From positions 808,207-863,715 of the forward strand of contig NMRA01000040.1 in assembly GCA_002633005.1 (NCBI GenBank): a DNA stretch of 55,509 nt. Direction: 5' to 3'. The DNA is from Phoronis australis (taxonomy: Eukaryota; Animalia; Phoronida). Shown in pieces: positions 36,901-48,900 of the stretch; positions within the stretch are counted from its first letter, which is position 1, and every line of letters begins with the position of its first letter. The position numbers and the translations under genes are program-made. The notes beneath the pieces were generated by a model. It did not search any database. It was not told the DNA's origin and saw only the letters and a program-made list of their open reading frames with translations.

Positions 36901-39874
36901 GGTGCTATTTGTTGAAAAAGGCTATTTTTGAGGCTCTAAAAATTAAATAACTTAAGAGCCGCCTAACCCATTTAACAAATTCAAAAACTTGTATAAATGG
37001 CATGTCTAAAGCTACCGTTTAAGACTATTTAAGTGCTTCTGATGAAACTTGTATTTTGCTTTGCTTTGACAGCTCTGTTTTATAAAACACAGAATGCAAA
37101 GGGTGTTTTTGTATTCCTTTCTCAGAAATCTATACAACATTTTATGTAATGTTGTTGTTTTTTTTCCTGTTTGTCATTGTGAAAATCAATTCCATTGTAT
37201 ATTTGTTTTGCCAATTTTCACTGCAGGGGAATCCCTGACCCCTGCTACTTACTCATTGGAACTGGGATGTCCACTTGTGTAGTTTGTGCTTCGTCTGTGC
37301 AGCGGGAGGCACAGAGGAACACAGCTGAGTGTGTGTTACTAAATTTGAGAAGTTTAAAAAATGAAATTACTTCCTAGTCCTCTAGAAGGCAACGGAATCC
37401 GGCCCCACGTGATCAGCTGTTACTTGAGTATATGAAAGCCTCCTGTTGGAGGCATTATCAGATTTTCGTCCACTACAGAGGTCATGTGAATGAAGTGAAG
37501 ATGCAGAAGCGGATCTACAGGGGGGTTCAGGGGTTCAATCCCCCCTCGGGACAGGATCAAAAATAAAAATTGAAAAAAAAACATTTGCCAGAAAAACGAA
37601 ATCAGCTACTAAAAAAACACAAAAAATCTTCCTTCCGCTACGCGCCTCGGATTCGCTCCAATCCTAAACCCCCTCCCCTTACTAAAAACGTAGATCTGCC
37701 ACTGAGATGATAACGGTTGCTTTCAGTATAAAGTCCATTAGTGCAAGACAAGTATTGTATTGTCGCTCACGTTTTTACACGACTTCTTAGTAGACTCACA
37801 ATGTACAGTATACAAATTTTGAAACAGTTGTGAGTTCAAAATATAGCTTCCTGCACACGCTAAGTCTTAGCAAGACTATTAATTTTTTCTTTGGCAAAAT
37901 CACAACAAACCTTTGATACCGAAATGTGGTACATGATCTAAATGCTAATCAACTGGCTCAAATATGACATTCCCAATGTTAACCTTTCTAAATACAGGTG
38001 ATCTCGCTTAATTACCTCGTCATCCCATACTCGTCAATCTACATATACAATAAGTCGGACTACTTTAAAGTAAAAATTATATTTAATGCGACTGCTACGT
38101 CAGCTATATTCCTCAAAGTTTTTTACCTGTGTGGATAAACAAGAGCCGCTTTCCTTTGAACCTTTCCGGCCTGTCTCTAATTTCGTCAAACATTCCCTTA
38201 ACAGCCTTTCCTGTGTACACTGGGTCCAACATAATGCCAGTTTCTGAACCAACTTTCATAATCAATTCTGGAAATAAGACCAACCCTAAATCACCAGACA
38301 GCAGCCTTTAATTGACCAATCGAGGAGCCACAATCTCATGACAGCAAAATGTGAACAAGAAATACTAAGAGGAGAACTGTCTGGTTATTTTTAAAACAAG
38401 TTCATTTTTTGTTTAAGTTAGTGGATGTTATATTGGAAATGTAACACCACAGAAACCAAACCACTGAAACTACCGCTTTCTACTTGGTAAAAAAGAAAGA
38501 GCTTACGAACTGGATTCATCTTTTTCAAACAATTTCAGGGAGATTTTTCAGACAGCATGAACTTTAATCCAGGCATATAACAAAATGTTTACACAAACCC
38601 AACTCTTCTGTGGTAGACTGTCCATAACCATCACCTATGTGTCCTTCAATAATATCGATATTATCTTCTGACCTATGCTTGCCGAGACCAACTTTCTGAA
38701 GCATTTCATTGATATGTTGGTGGAAATAGACAGCATTGTAACAGACGCAAACAGCATGCAGTCTAAAAGAGAAAAGGTCAGTGACAGAGTTCAGTCAGAG
38801 ACTGAGCAGCATAAAGCACATCCTGTGATTCTCCATTACCAAAACCAGAGAAATACATGTTTAGCAAGCATAAAATTCCGTTTTTTCCGTATTGTAAACT
38901 AAGCAACCTTTGCATTATTTTAGAGATAAATAACTTTAAAACAGACTGGGAATTGCTTTATTTTCCCGTTGTCTTTTATTTATGTTCAAGAACTAATTTG
39001 TAGTGTTGCATTGTGCCTAAAAAGGTGCAAAATTCAAGATAAAATTTGGTATAATTCTTTAATAAGCCGTAATTAAATGATTAAGAATGAACGCCTTGTC
39101 TGAAGTGTTGTACTTTCAGTCACCTACATTTTAAAAGCTTCAAACTAAGCTACATTTCATTTACATTTACATTTACATTACATTGGAAAGTCACTTAGTG
39201 GTCAAGGGACTCAGATGTGCGTATGTGATTCAATTTGCCTCACACCCAGAAAATAGCAGACTAACTGTTACCGTACTCGTCCGCGTAATCGCCCAGGGCG
39301 CTTAAATTGGGAATCTAAAAAACAGGGGCTGGGTGGTAAGCCGAGCATGGGCGGTTAAAATCGAAATTTTTGAAATGTCGGGAGTTGTTGCTTACTGCAC
39401 GGAGGACCGATTTTACCGTCACGGGCCTACACTGACGTCGAACTTCAAGCATATCAGTTAAAATATAGGTCGGGGGATTGAGGTAACGGACTTCGACGAC
39501 GTGAAGTGGAATAGCGCACACGATACAGTGGCGTCGTGATCCCGAGCGGGATTGGGTTTTTACGTACCTCAGTCGCTGCTCGTCATCTCTTAGAACTAAG
39601 GTATTTCTACAGGTAGGCGTGCGTTCAGTAGGGCAAGTTTCTTGAGAAAAAAAGACAGATCAACCAAGACTCCGCTAGTTCGCGGTGAATTTCTAAGGGA
39701 ATTATTTGATTGTGTAAAGATTTGCTTCCCGCTGGCAACCAACACGTGCTAAAGATTGACAGGTCTTCTTCAATACTGAATACCTTGAACTTAGTTAGGC
39801 AAAAAAGCACATGCTAATGATTGGCGGGTCTTCATATTGAAGGCTTTGAACAATGTAACATTTTATATACATTG

Positions 39875-39914
<40 letters not shown>

Positions 39915-42900
39915 CCGTAATCGTTCGGGTTAACGCCCTGAGCGGTTAAATTGGCGAATCCAAAAAATCGGGGGAGGGCGGTTAACCGAGAGGTGGGCGC
40001 TTAACTGGAATTCTTCAAAAATCGCAGGGGGGCGCTTAACCGAGCAGTGGGCGGTTAAATCGAAAATCCACTTAAAGTCGGGGATGGGCGGTAAACTGAG
40101 CATGGGCGTTAACCCGAACGATTACGGTAAATTAATATTTGGCGAAGTCGTTATCCCCCGTCATCTAGAGCCCGAGTGGATTTTGGAAAATTATCGCCCG
40201 AGGGGCGTTAGTCCAGAGTTTGATAATTCTCCAAAATCCACGAGCGCTCTAGATAAGGGGGATAACGACTGAGAACATGTAATAATCTATTTATACCACA
40301 TACTGAACGAGAAATATTGCAACGAATCGATCTACCTTTCTCGACTCGCCTCGGCTTTGTAACTACTTTCTATGTCAGAGGCCCGGGGTCGGAGGTCGTG
40401 ACCTTTTAAGAAAAGCCGAGCTATTTTTGTCAAAAGCCTTATACTTAAAACTAATTGAAAATTTAAACAAAATAGAAATAAACTGAATCTGTAAATTAAG
40501 GTTTAGCAACTATTATAGCTTACTACACATTTTATCACGCTAAGCTTCGACCGGGAAAATATCGTCCGCTAAAGTAGGTTACCAATAGTAACTGACTAAA
40601 ATGCTCAAGTCAAAGGATCCCGACGACACGATACCCGCATTCAAATTGGAGATCGGTGATTTACAAGTGAGAGAGCACGAGAGAAAATTTTCTCTGAATT
40701 AAAATATCGGTTTTATGGAAATTGTGCGTTTTATTTTTCATAGCGTATAAATGTTACAATGCCCTTTGCTGAACATGCGATTGTTGCGCGTGCTCATTTA
40801 AGTATTATGTTTTCACGTTCAATGACGTCAGCCGCTGAGTGGTATAGTGGTAAAGTCGGCGAATCGAAACGCGTGAGGCCCGGGTTCGGCATCGGTTTTC
40901 CCGCCAAAATGTTATCTCACTAGTGAGATAACTTTATGGGATATTACACGGTTGTATCTGCCATTCGAGGCTAATATTGTGGTATAATTCTTTTTTTGTT
41001 CAAAGCCAAAACCGCTCTTGTTCAAGGCACGTGATCAACAATCGGACGATACTACTATTAGGCAATAGGGGTGCTAGGTCAGCAGCCAAAGTAATGAAGC
41101 GAAAACACATCATGTTTAAAATTCATCAGGCAAACCAAAAGTTCAAAAAATAAGTTTTTGACCTAGTGGATATGGATAAAATGTTCGACTTGCGCTTAAT
41201 GACAAGTTGATTTTTAGCGCTGTTGCTTTTGGTTAAGCGCTTCCATTTTGGTGTCAGTAGTGAAAGTCATTGAAAACTGCGACGCAAGTTCGCTTGTCGC
41301 AATGGACCATGTCTTTTCTTATTTCAATCAATACTCAGGGTCGTTATGTTTCGTGTACTGTCACGGATAATCACAGAAAGGTTGGCCACGGACGTAAAAT
41401 TTCCGTGAAGTTCCACTTTGCTGGTTCTTCCACAGCAAATGAAATACATTCGACAAGCACCGTCTCGGTGATCAGTACATGCCGACACGAGTTCCTAACA
41501 GGGTTCCCGGGTCTCACAAGCTGACGTCACGGATTGCTTGTGAAGGCCCAGGTACCGGGCACTAGAACGATGGTTTTCATTGGCTGTCAGCTGGCAATTT
41601 TTAACCAGGAAGTTGACGTGCGCATGCTTATATCCAGTAATAAGTTATCCGGTCGCTAGGTGTCGCGAGAATAAAAAGTTATTTTTGGGTTGCGTTTGCT
41701 GTCGAACTCTTTGGTGAGGTAGCTGTTTATATTGTTATATTCAACAAACTGAGCTGAAATTCATGTAATTGTCGATTCCTTAAAATAAACCTGAATTAAC
41801 AATGGCTTCATTCTTTTCACTTGGCATTTTTCAGTTTCATTATTTGAAAGCTTTTTATGAATTGAAAGTTTACGTCTCTTACAGCAGGCCGTAGGGGCGG
41901 ATCCAGGATTTTAAGTGGGGAGAGGGGGGCAGGGGCAGAGTATTTTGCTCGTCAGACATTCGCACCCCCAAACTTTCATATGGAATATGGGAAAACTTTA
42001 GGCAGAGCCATGGCCCCCATGCCACCCCCCCGAAATCCGTCATTGTACAGTGTTACAGTAGACACAGCTGGAGCCCTATTTTCGCTGCTGTAGGTGAATT
42101 TGGAATCCTGTTTAATCTCAAGGTTCAGCGGAAGTGAGTGTTGTGAGAACTTGGAATATGTGAGGCAACTTGACAGGTTCACTCAAATAATCACGTTCAT
42201 GTTCATAAAAATTTGCACTGCACAAAATCAAGTTACATTTGAATAAAATAATTTCAATTACAACCAACCTTTTCAACTACAGGTGATCAGTTTCACCAAA
42301 CAATAATCGATTTAGCCATTCACATATTCCTCCGGTTCAGTGACACAAGTTACGGTAAAGGAGAAAATGGTAGATCGCGAGGCCAATAATTACAAAAATT
42401 CTTTTCACCGAACAAAAGTTTCACCTTTTTGCCTTAAAGAATATTCAATTCCAAGTTCACGCAACACTCACTTCTGCTTAATCCTGAGATTGAGTAGTAT
42501 TCCAAGTTCACGTACAGCACCACTGCTTCGTGGCCTACACAGTATTCAGTCCCTAGAACACTACAATTTTCGACCCTCCAGGTAGCCACAATTCTCGAGC
42601 TACACCCCTCCCCTCGTTGCCATAATATTTTCTTCCCATTTCCCTCTTTGAGGTGGGATTCCGCACAACTTGAGGGTCGTAAGCAATTCACATCACCTTG
42701 GTAAATTTCACATGCGTTGACTTGCAAACTTAGTGGAGAACAATTGGCCATAATGACCAAAGTTCGACCATGTACTGAAAACAATTGCTTCCAAAGGCAT
42801 CCATAACACTTTGGGTGTTTTCGTTATCTCAAATTTCACCTAATAGGTGAACGCTCTACAGTGTATGCACGTATGCAGAGTTCAGTAACCATATTATTCT

Positions 42901-45900
42901 CAAGATTGAAAATCACGTGACTTCCCATATTTTGTATGACGTTCATCTCCGAGATGATTTTGGAGGCTACGAAAATACTCGAAGTGTTTCGAAGAAAAAA
43001 TTGTAAATATGAAAATAGCCAAGGTGCTCTAGATGTTCCGAGGTTAAATTTGTAGCTACGAAAATACCTGAGAGGTGTCCCAAATGGGCCCTAAGCTTTA
43101 GTTTTGTGCATAATCTGGAACTAGAAGAATCTCCACCCATTTAGACAGTAGCTAAAAAAACATTAGATTTGTGGTCTGAGATTTGGAGTTCAATGAAAAT
43201 GTAGTCTAATGTTACAAATGCACAATCTTTTTATAAGGGTTAATGCTAACAACTGAATCCTTTCGTAGTAATTCTTGCACACCTGTCTTTTTCACTCATT
43301 AAGTTTGAAGAAATCGGCTCAGAGATTTCTGTTGTCAAAAATGAGTCTGGTGCCCAAAGTTTTAAATACACAGGTATCGTATTAAAACCCCTTCTGCTGC
43401 AGGGAAATGTACCATTTGCAGTGCTTTTAAATTCCAGAGTGAAACATGTTGTATTCATGGGAAAAAGTTTGCTTTGATAGGGTTTTTTTCATGCACAATT
43501 TTGAAGAGAAATTGTTTAAGATAAATTACCCAGCTGAGTGTCATGTCCTGTATAAACCTGTGGGTGTACCCCTTGGAGTGGTTTAAGGAGAGTACTCTGA
43601 AAGCCCAAGGATGGTGGAATGAACCCTATCCCTATACCTAACAATGTGGGTTGAACATCTTGGAAAATAGAAGCACAATTGTTGATTTCAGAAAGCGCTT
43701 ATCAGATGGTGTCTTCTGGCTTCCATATTTCCTTCGAATTAAACTCCTTAAAGGTGCTATGAATCCGTCGTATGTGAAAAAGAATGAATTTTGATCTGAA
43801 CAACTTACAACTATATACAGGAATTGCAATGACTAAAAGAGGAAAATTTTCCAGATGATCTATCTTTCACAAATAGGCTTGTGTGATAGAAATTTTTCGT
43901 GTTGTAAAATTTAACTACCGGGTAATAAACATTATGTCTTTGCATGAATCAAGTCAAAATAATGATCAAAGGAAAATTGAAATCAAATAAGAGGAAATTA
44001 AAACAAAAAATAGGAAATCCACTTAAAAGAGGAAAATTCCAAGCCCTGTTTCTATCCCTGTCTCAACTTATTCCTTAGTGGACTTGGAAGAACTCAAACT
44101 TTGTTATTGCTCAAAGACATGGTTATTGCACCATGTCTTAAGCAATTACAAACTATCAGTTCAACCGAAGTCAATATACCACATGCAATCTCAGTAAGGA
44201 ACAGTACGAGATCAAGAGTCTAATCACGAGAACACACATGAAGATTGACATCAGACACTAGTATCCAAATCTAACTGCTGGATATGCCAATCTTCATGCG
44301 AGCAAATGTGATTAGATTTTTTTCTACTATTTAGGCCAAAAACAACACTGTTGGTATGAGACCAATCTTATATTGTTACATGACGGTTCTAAAAAGAGGT
44401 TGGGTTACTAGCAGCTTAAAAATGGTACACTTTGTGGATAAGGAACTTAAAATGTGTTCATTTTTTTCAACACAGTTTAGTGCAGATTTTTTCTTATTCT
44501 CCACATTTTATTTAAATGAATTTTGGGCTAAACAGATTCTATCCCAGTCTTGTATGGAGATTTAAAACCCTGAAAAGGGATTATGTGATCATGTTTTGGG
44601 AATACACCTCTACAGTGATGCTTTCAATCCAAATTGAACTCGAAATTGTTTTTGTCACTTCCAGTCCACTTCCTTGCGGGTTCAAGATAGTACTTAATGA
44701 CCACTAGATTCGAGCTAAAATTTGAGTAATAACTCAAGATTTCTAGCAAAACCTCGAACTCAGACTCGAACTCTTAGCTCTAATGCTGGGATCATATTAA
44801 TTGTCATCAGTAAGCACATAGAATGAAAGAAACTTATCTCGAGTTCAAACAAAAGTAGAATCAGAAAATAATAAAAATCTCGAGTAAAAAGTTGCAACCC
44901 AGGGCCCAGGTGTTACTTTCATAATGGTCTATGTTTTCACAAGGCAGTGAATGTGCAACTTGAATGGCAGCCGGGTCTTTAATAACCTATTCCTCAGCAC
45001 CACTGGTGTAGTCAGAATTATTCAACAGAGGTTGCCAAACTTGAAATTGTTGGCGACCAAGGATTGTGATTATAATGAGAAGCAGCCTGGAGGCACTGCA
45101 TGAACAGGGGACAGGGACAGGGGAGCTAGGCAAGCACAAAACCGGAATGAGTTTCTATCAGGGGAAGGGTCTGCAACGAAGAGGAGGTAGCCCTGCTGTG
45201 TGCCCCACTGCTATGTTATTGCTCGGACTTGTACTTCAGTCTATCCCTAAACTAAATCATATTTGTAATCAATACATCAGCAAAATAAAGTTCCTAAAGG
45301 TAAGACAAATTTGTGTGATTTGTAGCCTATGAGTGTAATATTTCTATTAACACATTAATGACGTCACGGTTTTTAATTTTGAGTCAACGCGAAGGTGTTT
45401 GCCAGTGCAAATGCTCTATAGCAATTCACACTGCTCAACTCTTGCCACGAGGAGGCCTCCCCCAATAAGAGTCAAATTTGTAATTTTGAAAAACTGTTCG
45501 AAACGACCGAAATGTTGACTAAAATCACTGCTGTATTATGTAGATCCCAACCACAAGAATGACACGCTAGCATATTGCTCAAGACACTGAGCAAAACATA
45601 ATGGTAATAGTCACATACAGGGGTCCCCACTTTGAGAACCAGTGTTTTCAACTGCATAACAGGAACCTGTTTTTCATGAATAGCAGACATTGAAACTTGT
45701 TCTCAAATTACAGTTTGCCAGTGAGTGACTATGGCCTGGATAACAATCCGACCCATCTAACGCACAAGAAACCGTCAATTTGGGTTAAGTGACCCAACTT
45801 GAAATCTTTGAAGTACCCTGAGCTCCCAATTTTGAAATGTGAGATGTTTTTGCAACAAGTCATTTCAAAGAACCAGGTTTTTAAATCCGCTTGCTTACAA

Positions 45901-48900
45901 TGTCTAACTCCAGGATGCTTTGATTACAGCAATTACACTGAAATTAATAGATAATTGTTGCAAACTTCAACACTTGATATCTTATGAACGTGGAAAGCAA
46001 AAAAATGAAACAGTCGACTACTAGTCAGGGTCCAAGAGAGAGAGGAGACTTGTATAGATTACATACGACCAAATGTGCCACTCTTACCAGAGACTCAGGC
46101 ATTGCAAAAGTCACCATAAAAGGGGGAATTTCCAAATAAATTCCACACAAAAAATATTTACTTTTTGGTTGGAACTGTACAAAATGATCCATTTTTGAAC
46201 CAAAACCAATGAAGGTTTCATATACAACTGCGGCTTGTTGTGTTAAAAACAATACATCCCAGAGAGCTTCTTGCTGAAATTCAATTCCCTGTAAATAATA
46301 ACTTTGCGTAATTGAGTTATCAAAAAAAGTTGACTCTTTCATTGAGGCTCTCACCAAAATTGGTCACCTTTAATGACTGTGCAAACCCACAAAAGGGTGA
46401 GGTTTTGTCTTGCTGATCATACAAAAGAGTGGGTATAATCATAATTTCACAGCAACAAACAACCTCCGAAATAATTGAATACTGAATTGCACCACCAAAA
46501 GCGATGCCAGTCATTATAAAACTATTGCTAGACTGATTAACGTTTGCGTGTTTAGGGCCATTGACTGTATTTTTACGCTCCAAACTTCTGTTAGTAATGA
46601 CAAGTGTGCCAGTGTATTATGCAGTGACATGACAATGTCAATGAATAGCAGTACATGTATTTCAGCATATATCTTTATCTGACCCACTAGTTCAACCTTC
46701 AGGGCATTCACGGGAGCTTATATAACGTACATGAACATGTTAACATACGAGAGTGTGTGCCCTGAAAAGATCGAGACAATCTCCCGTGGCCGCGACGCAC
46801 TCAGCTACTCCATTCCCGTTATTCGGTGCTGTATCATAGTATGACTTGTGGGTGGCCTAAAGCCTATCTCTTCCACAAGTTATTTCGTAAAAAAAAATCA
46901 CATCACTTCAGAATCCAGCACAGTATACAAGATAATTATCATTAAGTGTTTAGTATACGTTTCTGGTGATGTATTCTTTGACTCGTTAGCTTTGAAATGC
47001 GGGAGTTTGATGAAAACAGAGAGATTTAAACAGTTATAAATCCAACGACATTCCTTCACTGGAAGTCGCCATGTTGATGAACTGGCTTGACCTATAATAC
47101 AACTGACCAATGGAATGCCTTGTTTCTTGAAATCGGAACAGCCAATGATATTCCAAGAATACGCATGAAAAAGTACCCTGTAGTAGACCCAACCAATCTC
47201 GAGGGTCTGTGCAGGAGACTACACGAGTTCCGCGCGTGAGCCAAAGGAAACGATTGTGACTCCTTCAGTAAAGAGCATGAGAATACAGGTATTTTACCGC
47301 CATAGTAAGGCAAGGTCAGTCTCGGTTCCGCTAAAACTTATTGATTGTCAAAGAAAGGTAAGCAAGTTTCGGAATCTCAATTTTGTCCGACGAACGTTCA
47401 CAGAAGCACAGATACTTAAGGAAGTCTCGATCATGAAAAATTGGGGGTGGGCGGTAATCTGAGCATGGGCCGTAACGCGGTCGAGTACGATAATTTCCTA
47501 AAGATGCTTAGATTTGTCAAAGTGTTCAGTCTAGCCACTTAATGTAAGTGTTTTTTTTTTCACAAAACCAAATTTCTTTAACCTTCACTTTCAAACGTTA
47601 GACATTAGACCCCTTAAAGTACAAATCCCGCGGTTGATAGAGTTTTGAGAAGTATAAATTACTATACTTATTCATGGTAACTTTTAAGGTAAAACAAGCT
47701 TCTGCAATTGCCCACAACGGGCTTGTAACAGCTGGATCACGTCTCATGATCAGAGGCTCAATTCTCTCAATCGAGCACACGACAATATAAGCTCTGTTCA
47801 CATTAGCCATCAATGGAGGACATGTCTGGTTTTTACAAGAAACTCTGGCACTTTCAGTGTGAACGGTGATTTGCCAAATGAAAGTGATGACAATGAGGTT
47901 AACGGTAATGAACTAGAATGAGTACAGGTGCTAGGGAGCTCCATGTTCGTTTGATCTAGCTTTACCAGCGGGATGTGACTGCATGTAAAACAAGCTGAGC
48001 AATAATAAAAAGAGAGTAAAAATCTAGATAAATGGTAAGGTTTCATTGTTTTGATTGTTTTGTCTACCNTATTAACCACTGACAGCAGGATGAATATGCG
48101 ACAAACCTAACTTTACTTCCTGTGAGGATATTGCCAATACAAAGCCCCGCTGCACTGCCACCGCTACCACAAGCAAGGATTATATCATCGTACTTCTCAA
48201 GAACGTTCTGTAATGGGAAGGAAAATATTGGTTATGGCTCGTGTGACTTAATGGCATACAGTAGTGAAGCTTCAGAAAAACAAAACGGAAGACCATTTAG
48301 TATCTAAGCCAATATCTCGCATGCAGGTAAAAGGGTGAGTAAAGTAGTTCACTTGTGTCAGAATGTGCAATACACGCAGTCAATCCTAGTCTTGCAAGCC
48401 TGCATGTATGTTGTCGTGATGTTAATTTCAGTGAGAAACATCTTCAAGTTTAATCACCACGACTATGCTTTATGTTAATTACTGTTTACGATTTTCTATC
48501 GCAGGACTACACGATCATAAAGCGTTCCATAAACTCGCCTTTGGGTACCATAGAATTTACCCGCCACTATAAAATTGTATCACCTCATTTGCTACTCAGA
48601 CAAGAAATTATTTCTGGGCTTGGGAAGAACCGACATCTTGATAGTGCTTGAGACTATGATTGGTGAACAAAGTCACCAATTGTGACAAGCAAACTTATTG
48701 AGCCTGACAGCTTGATAGTACTTGAGACTATGATTGGTGAACAAAGTGACCAATGGTGACAAGCAAACTTATTGAGCCTGACAGTTTGATAGTGCTTGAG
48801 ATTATGATTAGTGAACAAAGTGGCCAGTCGTGACAAGCAAACGTATTGAGCCTGACAGCTTGATAGTGCTTGAGACTATTATTGATGAACAAAATGACCA

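Larger units (their letters stand above)
39271..47490. mobile_element. Putative pogo/Tc2-like element whose two ends enclose ~8.2 kb of nested insertions
   Basis: TA-CCGTACTCGTCCGCGTAATCGCCC at left; GGGCCGTAACGCGGTCGAGTACGA-TA at right; both carry GAGCATGGGC subterminal motifs shared with the MITE at 39915. Confidence 0.55.

Noticed and set aside
16945-37050. CTGATGA motifs as hammerhead ribozyme cores (e.g. ~16949, ~33881, ~34656, ~37039)
   Set aside because: None showed the stem II plus GAAA arrangement with flanking helices.
43246-43458. Candidate extra exon of the dcyD-like gene
   Set aside because: Exons 48207-48107 and 38762-38599 already join in phase with family-consistent sequence; this ORF has no family motif.
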